Assembly (NCBI GenBank): GCA_048499955.1
Contig: JASNYX010000002.1
Location: forward strand, 68,513-132,512
DNA from: Patescibacteria group bacterium
Lineage (GTDB): Bacteria > Patescibacteriota > WWE3 > 2-01-FULL-39-13
DNA: 64,000 nt
Direction of reading: 5' to 3'
Shown here: one piece after another, positions 41,504 to 51,066 of the stretch
How positions within the stretch are numbered: position 1 is the first letter of the stretch
How the letters are laid out: each line of letters begins with the position of its first letter
Made by a program: the position numbers and the translations under genes
The notes under the pieces: model-generated
Databases searched by the model: none
Told to the model about the DNA's origin: nothing
Seen by the model: only the letters and a program-made list of their open reading frames with translations

Positions 41504-42811
41504 ATGGTTTCCATGAAAGTCGGATACGAGCTATATACCTTAAAAAACGGTGCCCAGATACTTCTAATTCCCAGTGATGCGGTAAATTCCATCAATATTA
41601 TTGGCCTACTTAAATCAGGCTCTGCACTCGAAAAACAGGATAATCAAGGAATTACCCACTTTGTGGAACACATGACACTTACCTGCACCGAGAAATGGAA
41701 AACTAAAGAATCGATGAGTGAAGAAATAGAATTCAATGGCGGGATCACAAATGGTGGGACAGCCCATGAATATCTTAGCTATAACATTAACATTCCCAAC
41801 ACGAAACTCGAATTCGGACTCACTTATATCCATCAAATTCTTTATCATGCATCATTTGAAGATGAAAATATTGAGATCGAAAGAAGCATTATATTAGACG
41901 AGCTTTCTAAATACGAAGATAATGTTTATTACAGAGCCGGAGAATTCACACTCGACAATCTTTTAGAAAAAAAATCGGCATACTCATTTGAAATTGGAGG
42001 AAACAAAGATACTGTTAAAGGTTTCACAAAAGAAGATTTGCTTAATCAATATAAATACTCCCACTCACCGGAGAGATTGCTATTATGTGTGGTAGGGAAT
42101 TTCAAACTTCATCAAGCAAAAAAAATCATTGGAGAACTTTTTGAACCTATCCCATGTGCCAACATACCAAATGAATATCCGACAGAAGCACTAAAAGATG
42201 GAATCGTATTATCAAAAGCCGATAAAAAAACGGATCTGGTGATCTGTGATGTAATCATGAAATATAAAGGAATACCTGATATATCATTTGAAGAATATAT
42301 CTTGAGCCAGTTTTCATGTGTGGTGCTGTCCGGACCTCAAACCAGCAGGCTTAACCAAAGGCTACGTGAAAAGGAAGGATTGCTTTACAGTATCTCCTGC
42401 AGCTCATCAACAAGAATTCCGTATGGAAATTTCCAAATTGGTTTTGAAGTCAAACCGAAGTTCTACGAAAAAACTATTAATGTGTTACTCGATGAGCTAT
42501 CAAAATTCTACGAGAACGGACTATCAGAAAAAGAACTGGAACACTACAAGGAATACATAACAAATAGGTTTATAGTCAAATACGATAACATTTATACATA
42601 CTCCAATCTAATCAGGATACCGGTATTCTATAATGAGGATGTAAAAACACTAAACGAAATTATAGAAGCATTTAAATCTCTTACGTTAAAAGAAGTGAAC
42701 ACGTATATTCGGAACTTTTTCAATCCATTTACCGCAAGTTATGTTGCTTATGGAGCCGTCGACAAAGAAACAAAACCGATGATCGAAAATACGTTGTCAA
42801 AATACAAATAA
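41504..42811 (+). CDS. M16 (pitrilysin/insulinase) family zinc peptidase
   Basis: Inverted zinc motif HFVEH (HxxEH) near the N-terminus. 435 aa. Confidence 0.65.
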   Translation: MVSMKVGYELYTLKNGAQILLIPSDAVNSINIIGLLKSGSALEKQDNQGITHFVEHMTLTCTEKWKTKESMSEEIEFNGGITNGGTAHEYLSYNINIPNTKLEFGLTYIHQILYHASFEDENIEIERSIILDELSKYEDNVYYRAGEFTLDNLLEKKSAYSFEIGGNKDTVKGFTKEDLLNQYKYSHSPERLLLCVVGNFKLHQAKKIIGELFEPIPCANIPNEYPTEALKDGIVLSKADKKTDLVICDVIMKYKGIPDISFEEYILSQFSCVVLSGPQTSRLNQRLREKEGLLYSISCSSSTRIPYGNFQIGFEVKPKFYEKTINVLLDELSKFYENGLSEKELEHYKEYITNRFIVKYDNIYTYSNLIRIPVFYNEDVKTLNEIIEAFKSLTLKEVNTYIRNFFNPFTASYVAYGAVDKETKPMIENTLSKYK

Positions 42812-42829
42812 GCACAACTCAAATACAAA

Positions 42830-45388
42830 TCAATTTGAGGAAGTTTTTCCGTGACAATGTTTATATTTCTTTCCACTTCCACATGGGCAAGGGTCATTTC
42901 TTCCTACCTTAGCAACAGTTGCTTGTGGCGATATTTTTGAGTCTGCATTATTTCGTACTTCGTTGAGATGCGACGATTCATCAGAAAATCCGCTCTCGAC
43001 ATCAGGAGAAATGTAAGCAAGCTTTTGGTTTGTTGTATCTTGAACCGCTTTTTTAATTTCAACTTTAACGTTTGATAAACGCTCTCCAATATTCGACCAT
43101 ATTTGTGTCATCATGGTATCAAATAAAATTTTTCCCTCACGCTTATACTCAACAATCGGGTTTCCTGAACCATACGTTTTAAGTCGGACATCGTTTCCTA
43201 AGTCATCCATCGTAGCGATGTGATCCATCCAAAGAAGATCTATAACTTCAATACAAATCCTTTTTGTGACTTCAAACCACACTTCTGCAGGATATTCCTT
43301 AAGTCTTTTATTATTTACTTCCTGAAAATCAGGAAAATAAACCGTAATGCGACTATTCAACCATTCATAAAATGATTCTAAATCATTAAATTCTGCGAAT
43401 AAAATCTTGCGTCGAACACTGTACATTGCTTCTCTCTGAACATTTACCACATCATCATACTCAACTAATGCACGTCGTCGATCAAAATTAATTCCTTCGA
43501 CTTTTTTCTGAGCGTTTTCAATAGATCGGGAAATCATACCTGCCTCAATCGGCATATCATCACCAACACCTAAGCGGTTCATAATGTTTTCAATGGCGGA
43601 ACCGCCAAAAATACGCATTAGGTCATCCTGAAGCGACAGATAAAATCTGGACTCACCCACATCACCCTGACGGCCTGAACGCCCACGAAGCTGATTATCA
43701 ATTCTCCTCGAATCATGCCGTTCCGTACCAATAACATATAACCCACCAATATCTATAATTTCTTCATACACTTCCTTATCAAAGGGATCACCACCGAGAA
43801 TGATATCAACCCCACGACCGGCCATATTAGTAGCCACCGTGACGGCTCCTTTTTTACCTGCTTGCCTAATTATTAATGCCTCTCTTTCGTGTTGCTTCGC
43901 ATTTAAAATTTCGTGAGGTATGTTTAACCGTTTTAAAAACTTAGAAAGTAATTCTGATTTTTCGATACTTATAGTACCAATGAGGATAGGTTGACCGTTA
44001 GCGTGTCGCTCTGAGATATCTTTTGCAATGGCTTTGTATTTTCCTGTTTCCGTTTTATAAACAACATCAGTGTGGTCAATTCTTCTTACCTGCTTGAAGG
44101 TAGGTATTACGACAACATCTAAACCATAAATTCTGAAGAATTCTTCGGCTTCGGTTTCAGCCGTACCGGTCATCCCGGCTAACTTATCGTATAGCCTGAA
44201 ATAATTTTGATAAGAAATTGTTGCAACCGTTTTGTTTTCTGCATTTATCTCCACGTTCTCCTTGGCTTCTATTGCCTGATGCAAGCCTTTCGACCAACGA
44301 TTGCCATAAAGAACTCTACCGGTATTCTGATCGACGATTAAGATGTTTTTGTCTTTAACAATATAATCTCTATTTTTTAAATAGAACTCTTTGGCGGATA
44401 AAGCATTCTCGATCCGGTGAATGGTATCGAAATCTTTTTCGTATAAGTTTTCAACTCCCAATCGTCTTTCAATCTTATTAATTCCGATTTCGGTAATAGT
44501 AACTAATCGATCTTTTTCATCAACATCATAATCTGTTCCTTGAATTAAAGTATCAGCGAGTTCGGCAAACTTATAATATATATCAGACTTAACTTCGGTC
44601 GGTGCAGAAATAATCAAAGGAGTTCGGGCAATATCAATTAAAATAGAATCAACCTCATCGACAATTGCATAGCGATGCTTGCCAAAATTCCCCAACGAGT
44701 TCAACTGAACAATATCATTCTGACTTCTGGACATATTGTCCCGAAGGTAATCAAAACCGAATGAACTTGCTGTACCATAAGTTATATCAGCACTATATGC
44801 ATATCTTCTTTGAACAGGCTTCAAATGTTTAGTATATTCATCGATTACCTTATCTACCGTATAAGCAGAATCATAAACGTATGATTCACGATCCAAAATG
44901 ACACCAACTGAAATACCTAAAAAATCATATACAGGACCATACCACCCGGCTCCGTGTTTAGATAAATAATCGTTCGGGGTAATAAGATGTGTGCCAAGTC
45001 CCGGTAGTGAATTCAAAATTAAGGGTAGGGTAGCTGTAAGTGTTTTTCCTTCACCGGTTTTTTGCTCTGAAATTTTATTCTGGTGAAGCACTATTCCGGA
45101 AATAATCTGCACATCTCGATGTCTCTGCCCCATAACTCGCTTTGAGGCTTCACGCACTATAGCGTAAACATCGGGCATCAGATCATCTAACCTTTGATTT
45201 ATTTCATCTATGCTAAGATCCGGTTGTCGTAATTCGTCTTTCCAATCTTTAATAAGAGACTTAAGATCCGAGTCTGAATATTTGGAATACTTTTCTTCTA
45301 ATGAATTTATTTTATCAACCAAAGGTTGAAGCGTAGAAATCTTGTATTCGTTTGAGTTTATGAATCTTCCGATAATCCGCTTAAACAT
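42830..45388 (-). CDS. secA: Preprotein translocase ATPase SecA
   Basis: 852 aa with characteristic SecA DEAD-like motor motifs and a C-terminal zinc-binding tail CPCGSGKKYKHCHG. Confidence 0.9.
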   Translation of the reverse strand: MFKRIIGRFINSNEYKISTLQPLVDKINSLEEKYSKYSDSDLKSLIKDWKDELRQPDLSIDEINQRLDDLMPDVYAIVREASKRVMGQRHRDVQIISGIVLHQNKISEQKTGEGKTLTATLPLILNSLPGLGTHLITPNDYLSKHGAGWYGPVYDFLGISVGVILDRESYVYDSAYTVDKVIDEYTKHLKPVQRRYAYSADITYGTASSFGFDYLRDNMSRSQNDIVQLNSLGNFGKHRYAIVDEVDSILIDIARTPLIISAPTEVKSDIYYKFAELADTLIQGTDYDVDEKDRLVTITEIGINKIERRLGVENLYEKDFDTIHRIENALSAKEFYLKNRDYIVKDKNILIVDQNTGRVLYGNRWSKGLHQAIEAKENVEINAENKTVATISYQNYFRLYDKLAGMTGTAETEAEEFFRIYGLDVVVIPTFKQVRRIDHTDVVYKTETGKYKAIAKDISERHANGQPILIGTISIEKSELLSKFLKRLNIPHEILNAKQHEREALIIRQAGKKGAVTVATNMAGRGVDIILGGDPFDKEVYEEIIDIGGLYVIGTERHDSRRIDNQLRGRSGRQGDVGESRFYLSLQDDLMRIFGGSAIENIMNRLGVGDDMPIEAGMISRSIENAQKKVEGINFDRRRALVEYDDVVNVQREAMYSVRRKILFAEFNDLESFYEWLNSRITVYFPDFQEVNNKRLKEYPAEVWFEVTKRICIEVIDLLWMDHIATMDDLGNDVRLKTYGSGNPIVEYKREGKILFDTMMTQIWSNIGERLSNVKVEIKKAVQDTTNQKLAYISPDVESGFSDESSHLNEVRNNADSKISPQATVAKVGRNDPCPCGSGKKYKHCHGKTSSN

Positions 45389-45618
45389 AATTTAAATATA
45401 AACGAAGAGGCACTCTATTGCGGCTACTCCAATATAAGTACATCATCATTCCCAAGAAGCTTAACTGCTTCAAGGCATATTATACGATGAAACAATCAAA
45501 TTTATCATGGCGCTACTTAAGAAAACCGTGACCGTAAAGTCACGAATGAATCGAGAGGCGATACCATATTAACGCGTAGTTCCTTGAGAAGATACATCCT
45601 GCGTAAGCTGGTGGATAT

Positions 45619-46428
45619 TCATAAGTACAGCAAAATTAGCAGGGCAAGTAATATCCTATAAATAATAAATACGTTTAACGAATATCGCCTGAGAAACTTC
45701 ATTAAAAAACCGACGGCCAGCAACCCTGACACAAATGCTGATAGCATACCTGAGAGTACATATATCGACTCATCATTACCACCGGAAAATAAAACGGGCA
45801 ATTTCACCAATGCCGCTCCTAAAATAATTGGCGTTGCCAATAAAAACGAAAATTTTGCGGCACTTTCCCTCGAGTAGCCTCGAAGTAAACCGGTTGAAAT
45901 TGTCATTCCCGATCTTGAGGATCCGGGAATCAAGGCAACGATTTGACTTAAGGAAATAACTAAAGCATCCAATAGCCCGGGAGAATTTTTCTTTTCAGAA
46001 TATTTTTTGGAAACCCATTCCGAAAAATACATAAATGCTGATACAATGACCAACATTACCGACACAATATATGGGGAACGTAACGTATCTTCGATATAAT
46101 CACCAATCAACAAACCCACAACCCCAACCGGAACCGTAACGATTAGTATTTTCAACAATTGCCTGGAATCATTTTCCATCTGCTCCCAACTGAAATTTAT
46201 TCGAAATAAATCTCTAAGTAAGGATGTGATCATCCGTTGCCAATCTTTATGATAGTAAACTAAAACGGCCAAGGCAGTACCAAAATGCAATGCAACATCA
46301 AATGACAAAGATTGTTCCGACCAATTGAAAAAATAGGGGACAAGTAGCAAATGCCCCGAAGACGAAACAGGTAAAAACTCGGTTAATCCTTGAACAATAC
46401 CTAAAAAGATTGATTGAAAATGGGTCAT
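45619..46428 (-). CDS. uppP: Undecaprenyl-diphosphatase UppP (BacA)
   Basis: N-terminal GIVQGLTEFLPVSSSGHL motif. 269 aa with 7-8 TM helices. Confidence 0.85.
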   Translation of the reverse strand: MTHFQSIFLGIVQGLTEFLPVSSSGHLLLVPYFFNWSEQSLSFDVALHFGTALAVLVYYHKDWQRMITSLLRDLFRINFSWEQMENDSRQLLKILIVTVPVGVVGLLIGDYIEDTLRSPYIVSVMLVIVSAFMYFSEWVSKKYSEKKNSPGLLDALVISLSQIVALIPGSSRSGMTISTGLLRGYSRESAAKFSFLLATPIILGAALVKLPVLFSGGNDESIYVLSGMLSAFVSGLLAVGFLMKFLRRYSLNVFIIYRILLALLILLYL

Positions 46429-46952
46429 TTAATCCTTCTAAAACTAATGTCGTAATGTGCCAACATCCAGGAAATTACAAAGCCAAGAACAATTCCCGCA
46501 ATAATATCTGAATAAAAGTGCAATCCGGCATATACTCTAAATAATGCTGTGAGCATAGCTAAAACAAACAAGTACAACAAAAAAGCGACATCTTTACTCG
46601 AAAGAAAGGGGAGTTTAATCTTAGCTAAGCTGTTATTTCCCCTATCCTGTTTGGATGACAAAACCTGACATGAGATTATATAGAAAAAAAATATCGCAAA
46701 GGCAAAAGTCGTGTGAGTCGAAGGGAAACTGGTTCCCGTACTTCTAAAGACTTCCTCAAAATCAGGACGCGGTTTATCTGTCAGAAACTTTATAAATTCG
46801 GATGCAAAAAATGCGATCAGTACAGTGATACCCAGATCCTCCAGCCTTGTTCTATGCGATCTATAGACTATAAATAAAACCGACAAAAACAGAAGACCAA
46901 GGGTGAAATAACTTAATACATCAAACAAATAAAAGTTGCTCAAATACTGCAT
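46425..46952 (-). CDS. PAP2-family membrane phosphatase (PgpB-like, possibly a second C55-PP phosphatase)
   Basis: PAP2 motifs KPRPDF, PSTHT and YAGLHFYSDIIAG. It is overlap-coupled to uppP. Confidence 0.65.
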   Translation of the reverse strand: MQYLSNFYLFDVLSYFTLGLLFLSVLFIVYRSHRTRLEDLGITVLIAFFASEFIKFLTDKPRPDFEEVFRSTGTSFPSTHTTFAFAIFFFYIISCQVLSSKQDRGNNSLAKIKLPFLSSKDVAFLLYLFVLAMLTALFRVYAGLHFYSDIIAGIVLGFVISWMLAHYDISFRRIK

Positions 46953-46979
46953 AATTCAATTTTAACAATTAATAGGCAT

Positions 46980-48254
46980 TTATTCGGCATCAATTTTATC
47001 AAAGCCTGTGTACTTCCTCAGAACTTCCGGAACAATAATAGACCCATCTTCCTGTTGGTAATTTTCAATAACTGCCGCAAACAATCTCGGAGTTGCTGCA
47101 ACGGTGTTATTTAATGTGTGAACATATTTAGTTTCTCCCGATGAAGTCCGATATTTCATATTTAATCTCCGTGATTGAAAATCAAGGAAATACGAATCCG
47201 AATGAGTCTCGCGATATTTATTCTGGCTAGGGAACCACGTTTCAATATCATACTTTTTTCTTTGCCCGGGCCCCATATCACCGGTACACATTAACAACAC
47301 TTGATAATGTAAGCCTAAGTTTTGCAAAATGGTTTCCGAGTATTCCCTCATTTTATCGTGCCATTCTCTGGATATATTTTCATCAGAAGGAACAATTACT
47401 ACTTGCTCAACTTTATTAAAGGTATGCACTCTAAAAATACCTCGAGTGTCTTTTCCGTGACTACCGATTTCCCTTCTAAAACACTGTGAAAGGCCAACCA
47501 TTTTAATCGGAAGATCTTGCTCTTTTAACACTTCATCCGCGTAGTATGCAGTAAGCGAAACCTCAGCAGTTCCTACTAAAGCCTCGTCGTCTTGAGTATA
47601 ATAGTGATCGTCTTCACCCCACGGAAAATACCCTGTACCTGTAAGCCACTTTTTATTAACCATTACCGGTACATTTATGGGAGAAAATCCTTGCTCGACC
47701 ATATAATCCAACGAATAACGCAAAAGTGCTTGTTCCAAAAGCATTCCTTTTCCGGTTATAAAATATCCCCTGAATCCGGCAATTTTAGACCCACGCTTGG
47801 TGTCGATAATCTTTAGGGTTTCACCAAGAGTAAGATGATCTTTTGGCTCGAAGTTAAATTCTTTCTTTTCACCCTTAACATACAAAACTTTATTACCCAA
47901 TTCATCAGATCCGATTGGAACATCATCTGCAGGTATATTGGGAACCCAAAGCATAATACTCTCAAACTCAGGTTTAATAATTGACAACCTCTCTTCTAAA
48001 TCTTTAACTTTGGGCTTTAGCTCGGATGCATAATCAATCAAAGACTTTCTCTCAGAGTCATCTTTAGAGAATTTGATTTTTTCATCTAACGAATTTCGCT
48101 GCATACGCAGCCCATCAAGCTCAAGATTTATTTCCTGAATTTCTTTATCCAACTTAAGTAGCTGATCAATATCCACAGTATCCGCAAGATTTTTATTTTT
48201 AACTGCATTTTTTACAACTTCAGTATTTTGACGAATAAATTTAATATCTAACAT
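46980..48254 (-). CDS. serS: Seryl-tRNA synthetase
   Basis: MLDIKFIRQN... N-terminal coiled coil plus class II motifs in the C-terminal core. 424 aa. Confidence 0.9.
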   Translation of the reverse strand: MLDIKFIRQNTEVVKNAVKNKNLADTVDIDQLLKLDKEIQEINLELDGLRMQRNSLDEKIKFSKDDSERKSLIDYASELKPKVKDLEERLSIIKPEFESIMLWVPNIPADDVPIGSDELGNKVLYVKGEKKEFNFEPKDHLTLGETLKIIDTKRGSKIAGFRGYFITGKGMLLEQALLRYSLDYMVEQGFSPINVPVMVNKKWLTGTGYFPWGEDDHYYTQDDEALVGTAEVSLTAYYADEVLKEQDLPIKMVGLSQCFRREIGSHGKDTRGIFRVHTFNKVEQVVIVPSDENISREWHDKMREYSETILQNLGLHYQVLLMCTGDMGPGQRKKYDIETWFPSQNKYRETHSDSYFLDFQSRRLNMKYRTSSGETKYVHTLNNTVAATPRLFAAVIENYQQEDGSIIVPEVLRKYTGFDKIDAE

Positions 48255-48500
48255 TTTTGATTTTGGGATTGGAAGGGATAAACAACAGAGCCATCCGCAT
48301 CCAAGCTCCTTAAAATAAGAAACCTGTTTTACGGAGACGACTTTTCAGCCGCGGTACCACTCCTGTTCCTTCAATATATTTTATAGAAGGCACTTTAGAT
48401 GATAACTTACGGTTACCTCTCGTTCAGGTTAGCGCTTTTTTATTAAGCTTTTCCCGGAAAAATCCAGAGGAGCTACCCTCTTTCTTGATGAACATATTAT
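48255..48500 (-). promoter_or_regulatory. Candidate T-box-type leader upstream of serS, with a TATAAT -10 element and a 19-codon uORF
   Basis: The minus-strand leader contains AGGAGUGGUACCGCGG (T-box core consensus AGGGUGGNACCGCG). It can fold into an antiterminator, with A1 GGAG/CUCC, a bulge UGGUACCG and A2 CGGC-UGAAAA-GUCG. A ttgTATAATatg -10 element lies about 230 nt upstream of the serS ATG. The uORF (AAGGAGcttggATG...) ends overlapping serS codons. Confidence 0.45.
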
Positions 48501-48516
48501 ACAACATTACAAAACT

Positions 48517-49254
48517 TTACCTGGCAAATCTTTCTCTTAGACCTTTCCTGAAGTCTTTCCAGTGATTCGAAGACTGCAATACTAAATTCCAATATGCCAT
48601 TTCAAAGCATAAAAATTTGGTGAATTGCTCTATAGAGGATTTCCCATGCATAGTTTCAATATCTACTAAGGCAATCCGATCGTCTTCAGATATGAATATA
48701 TTTTTGGAATTATCAAGCGGCCGAAGAAATTTTCTCAATCGCTCTTTAAAGCTACTTGACCCGGAACCTTCATCACCACCAGTTGTGCCGATTAAATCCA
48801 AACAATGCCCATTTCTTAAATAAGAATTTCTGCTGGCTCTCAATAGAGTTTTCAAGTCTTCAGCATGTTCTTGTCTAACATTTTCGATATCTTCAGCACT
48901 AATAAGTGGCTGCCCTCTCACTCTTGCTTGTATTTTATATGCAACAGGATATCCATCGTTACCGCTTGCCACAAGGAAGTGTTCTTCGGGTGCATATATC
49001 TCATCAGGAATATGCTCTCGTGCTTCACTAGTCTTCACTCGTTGGTGATTAATGACTTCAAATGCATGGCGATTTCGTGCATCAAAGTACTCGGAATCAG
49101 TCTGTCCCGGCTCTCTTTGAACATCGTACGAAAATCCCATTTCCTTTATTACAGTTTCACCGGAATTTATTGTCGAGACCCTGGTAAATTTACTTGAATC
49201 AAGATACTCAGGTGTATCTTCTATTGGCAAGGCATTGATAGCACGATTATCCAC
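48517..49254 (-). CDS. Hypothetical protein, possibly an atypical kinase-fold protein
   Basis: 245 aa. Weak resemblance to RIO/Kdo-kinase-like motifs (...VAYKIQ..., NGHCLDLIGTTGG, LVDIE). GC is higher than the surrounding genes. Confidence 0.35.
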   Translation of the reverse strand: MDNRAINALPIEDTPEYLDSSKFTRVSTINSGETVIKEMGFSYDVQREPGQTDSEYFDARNRHAFEVINHQRVKTSEAREHIPDEIYAPEEHFLVASGNDGYPVAYKIQARVRGQPLISAEDIENVRQEHAEDLKTLLRASRNSYLRNGHCLDLIGTTGGDEGSGSSSFKERLRKFLRPLDNSKNIFISEDDRIALVDIETMHGKSSIEQFTKFLCFEMAYWNLVLQSSNHWKDFRKGLRERFAR

Positions 49255-49278
49255 CTATCTAATATATAGGTTAATAAT

Positions 49279-49755
49279 TTATAATGCGATACTTTGATCT
49301 AATTCTGAAGCAAATAAATGAGGAAATGCCTGCTCTAATGAACGTATTGTCATCTGGAGCAATTTTACCGGAGCATAACCGGGTTTCCAATTCCAATCTT
49401 TCAACATAACGTCTAGGGCAATACAGTGCATCGCATGTGTGGCAAATATCTCTTGTTCATAGATATATCCTGGCACCAAAGAACAATCAGGCCGAACTTC
49501 GGGAGATGCTGCTTGAACCTCAAGCACATCAGGCACTCTGTGGAGTAAAGCAATTTCAACATATGCGCGCATATGCTCAGATACCCTCTGAACGGCTCTG
49601 CTGGTCTTACCGGTTTCACCCCAAGAAATTTCAACCGGTCCTAACCTATGGGCATCAATATCCCTTAGTACTCCTTGCATACATCGAAGTGTATATGGAT
49701 CCGGTTCGGGGACGAATAAATCGGTCTCAGGCCGAAAAGTTTCATCATAATTCAT
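49279..49755 (-). CDS. Hypothetical protein encoded in a compositionally atypical (GC-rich) segment
   Basis: 158 aa ORF. A 106-aa ORF lies antisense on the + strand, but the minus-strand ORF fits the operon direction. No recognised domain. Confidence 0.35.
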   Translation of the reverse strand: MNYDETFRPETDLFVPEPDPYTLRCMQGVLRDIDAHRLGPVEISWGETGKTSRAVQRVSEHMRAYVEIALLHRVPDVLEVQAASPEVRPDCSLVPGYIYEQEIFATHAMHCIALDVMLKDWNWKPGYAPVKLLQMTIRSLEQAFPHLFASELDQSIAL

Positions 49756-50348
49756 AAACCGATAGCAGAACTATTTTCCTGCATACTTTCTAACACAATT
49801 GTAATAAATTCGGGAAGAGGTATTCCTAATCTTGTTTCACATTGCTCGATCTGGCTACGCTCGACTCCTTTTGCAAACGCGGGTTGCTTCCACTTCTTTA
49901 AGATATTTTCCAATTTCACTGAAGTAAGTTTTTTATCGGGCATCACCAAGGCACAAGCGACAATAAAACCGGTGAGTTCATCACAACACTCTAGAGCCCA
50001 TTCCATCTGACTTTGAGGCTCTCTTAAGTTGGTTATTTTGTTATTGTGAGACTGTATCGCTCTGTATAAGTGACTATCTTCAGAAAGGCCTTCGCTTTTC
50101 AGCCATTCTAGTGTCAACAACGTGTGCCTGCTCCAATCATCTTTAGTTAGTTCATAATCGGCATCATGAAGGATTCCTAATATTTCCCATGACTCACGAT
50201 CAGAAGGAGAATCTTCATTTAAATTTCCCTGCATCTGAAAATAATCGTATATGCCACCCAACGCAATACCGACGGCATAACAATGACGACGCAGGTTCTG
50301 GTTTTGCATGTTTTTGTGAAGTATTGTTATTGCGTCTTCTTTATTCAT
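49752..50348 (-). CDS. HD-domain phosphohydrolase, YqeK-like (possible Ap4A hydrolase)
   Basis: 198 aa. H...HD metal-binding pattern (RRHCYAVGIALGG...ILGILHDADYE) and an MNKEDAI... N-terminus like YqeK-family proteins. Confidence 0.5.
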   Translation of the reverse strand: MNKEDAITILHKNMQNQNLRRHCYAVGIALGGIYDYFQMQGNLNEDSPSDRESWEILGILHDADYELTKDDWSRHTLLTLEWLKSEGLSEDSHLYRAIQSHNNKITNLREPQSQMEWALECCDELTGFIVACALVMPDKKLTSVKLENILKKWKQPAFAKGVERSQIEQCETRLGIPLPEFITIVLESMQENSSAIGL

Positions 50349-51066
50349 TGGTTTCAGGTTTCAACAATGGGAACATAACACATTCCTTAATAGGTTTATT
50401 GGCGAGTGTCGAAAAGGTCCTTTCACTCACTCCAAACCCGCAAACAGGTGGCATTCCGTATTCCAGAGCTCTCACAAAATCATGGTCATACATTTGAGCC
50501 TCATCATCACCGCTATCTCTTAGCCTTTGTTGTTCTTCAAATCTTTCTGCTTGGTCAATAGGATCATTCAACTCGCTATAACCATTACCTTGTTCACTAC
50601 CTGCAATGAGAACCTGAAATCGTTCAACTTTTTGCGGCTGCTTAGGATCTCTCTTTGCTAATGGAGAAACCTCAACCGGATGACCCACCAAAAATGCCGG
50701 GCCGGAAATATTCTTTCTAACTTGTTTCCATAGAATATCGGCAATTCGGCCTCTTTCATCATTTTCAGAAAATTCTAGTTTTAATTCTGACGCTTTGTTT
50801 TTTAGTATATCTAAGGAATCGTGTAATATATCTACCCCCAAATCTTTTTTTATGGCTTCAGTGAAATCTATTTTTTCCCATTCCTTGCCTAAATCTACTT
50901 CATGCTCACCAATCGTAAATTTCATTGTTCCAAAAGTTTGGTTTGCTACATATTTGTACATCTCTTCAACCAATTTCATGCCATTCTCATAGTTAGCATA
51001 TGCCCAATAGAATTCCATCTGACTATAGTCTTGGAGATGCTCGAGGCTTTGTCCTTCATTTCTAAA
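50341..51066 (-). CDS. lysS: Lysyl-tRNA synthetase (class II), C-terminal portion downstream of an in-frame TAA
   Basis: In the same frame as the upstream part. Begins FRNEGQSLEHLQDYSQMEFYWAYANYE... (motif 2, FRNEG) and continues through motif 3 (GFGVSERTFSTL). Confidence 0.8.
   Translation of the reverse strand, partial: FRNEGQSLEHLQDYSQMEFYWAYANYENGMKLVEEMYKYVANQTFGTMKFTIGEHEVDLGKEWEKIDFTEAIKKDLGVDILHDSLDILKNKASELKLEFSENDERGRIADILWKQVRKNISGPAFLVGHPVEVSPLAKRDPKQPQKVERFQVLIAGSEQGNGYSELNDPIDQAERFEEQQRLRDSGDDEAQMYDHDFVRALEYGMPPVCGFGVSERTFSTLANKPIKECVMFPLLKPETNE

Noticed and set aside
48255-48330. Intrinsic terminator downstream of the T-box-like element
   Set aside because: A U-run (UUUCUUAUUUU) is present, but I could not find a preceding helix that uses the antiterminator 3' strand. 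I therefore describe possible translational control and do not claim a terminator.
48281-48370. Possible tRNA in the serS upstream region (GGAGACGAC...CCACTCC)
   Set aside because: No cloverleaf with acceptor, anticodon and T-arms could be built. The segment is better explained as the T-box antiterminator region on the opposite strand.
49437-49757. Plus-strand 106-aa ORF antisense to 49279..49755
   Set aside because: The minus-strand ORF is longer and co-oriented with flanking genes. GC-rich DNA tends to produce open frames on both strands. Neither has a recognisable domain, so only the minus-strand one is kept, at low confidence.
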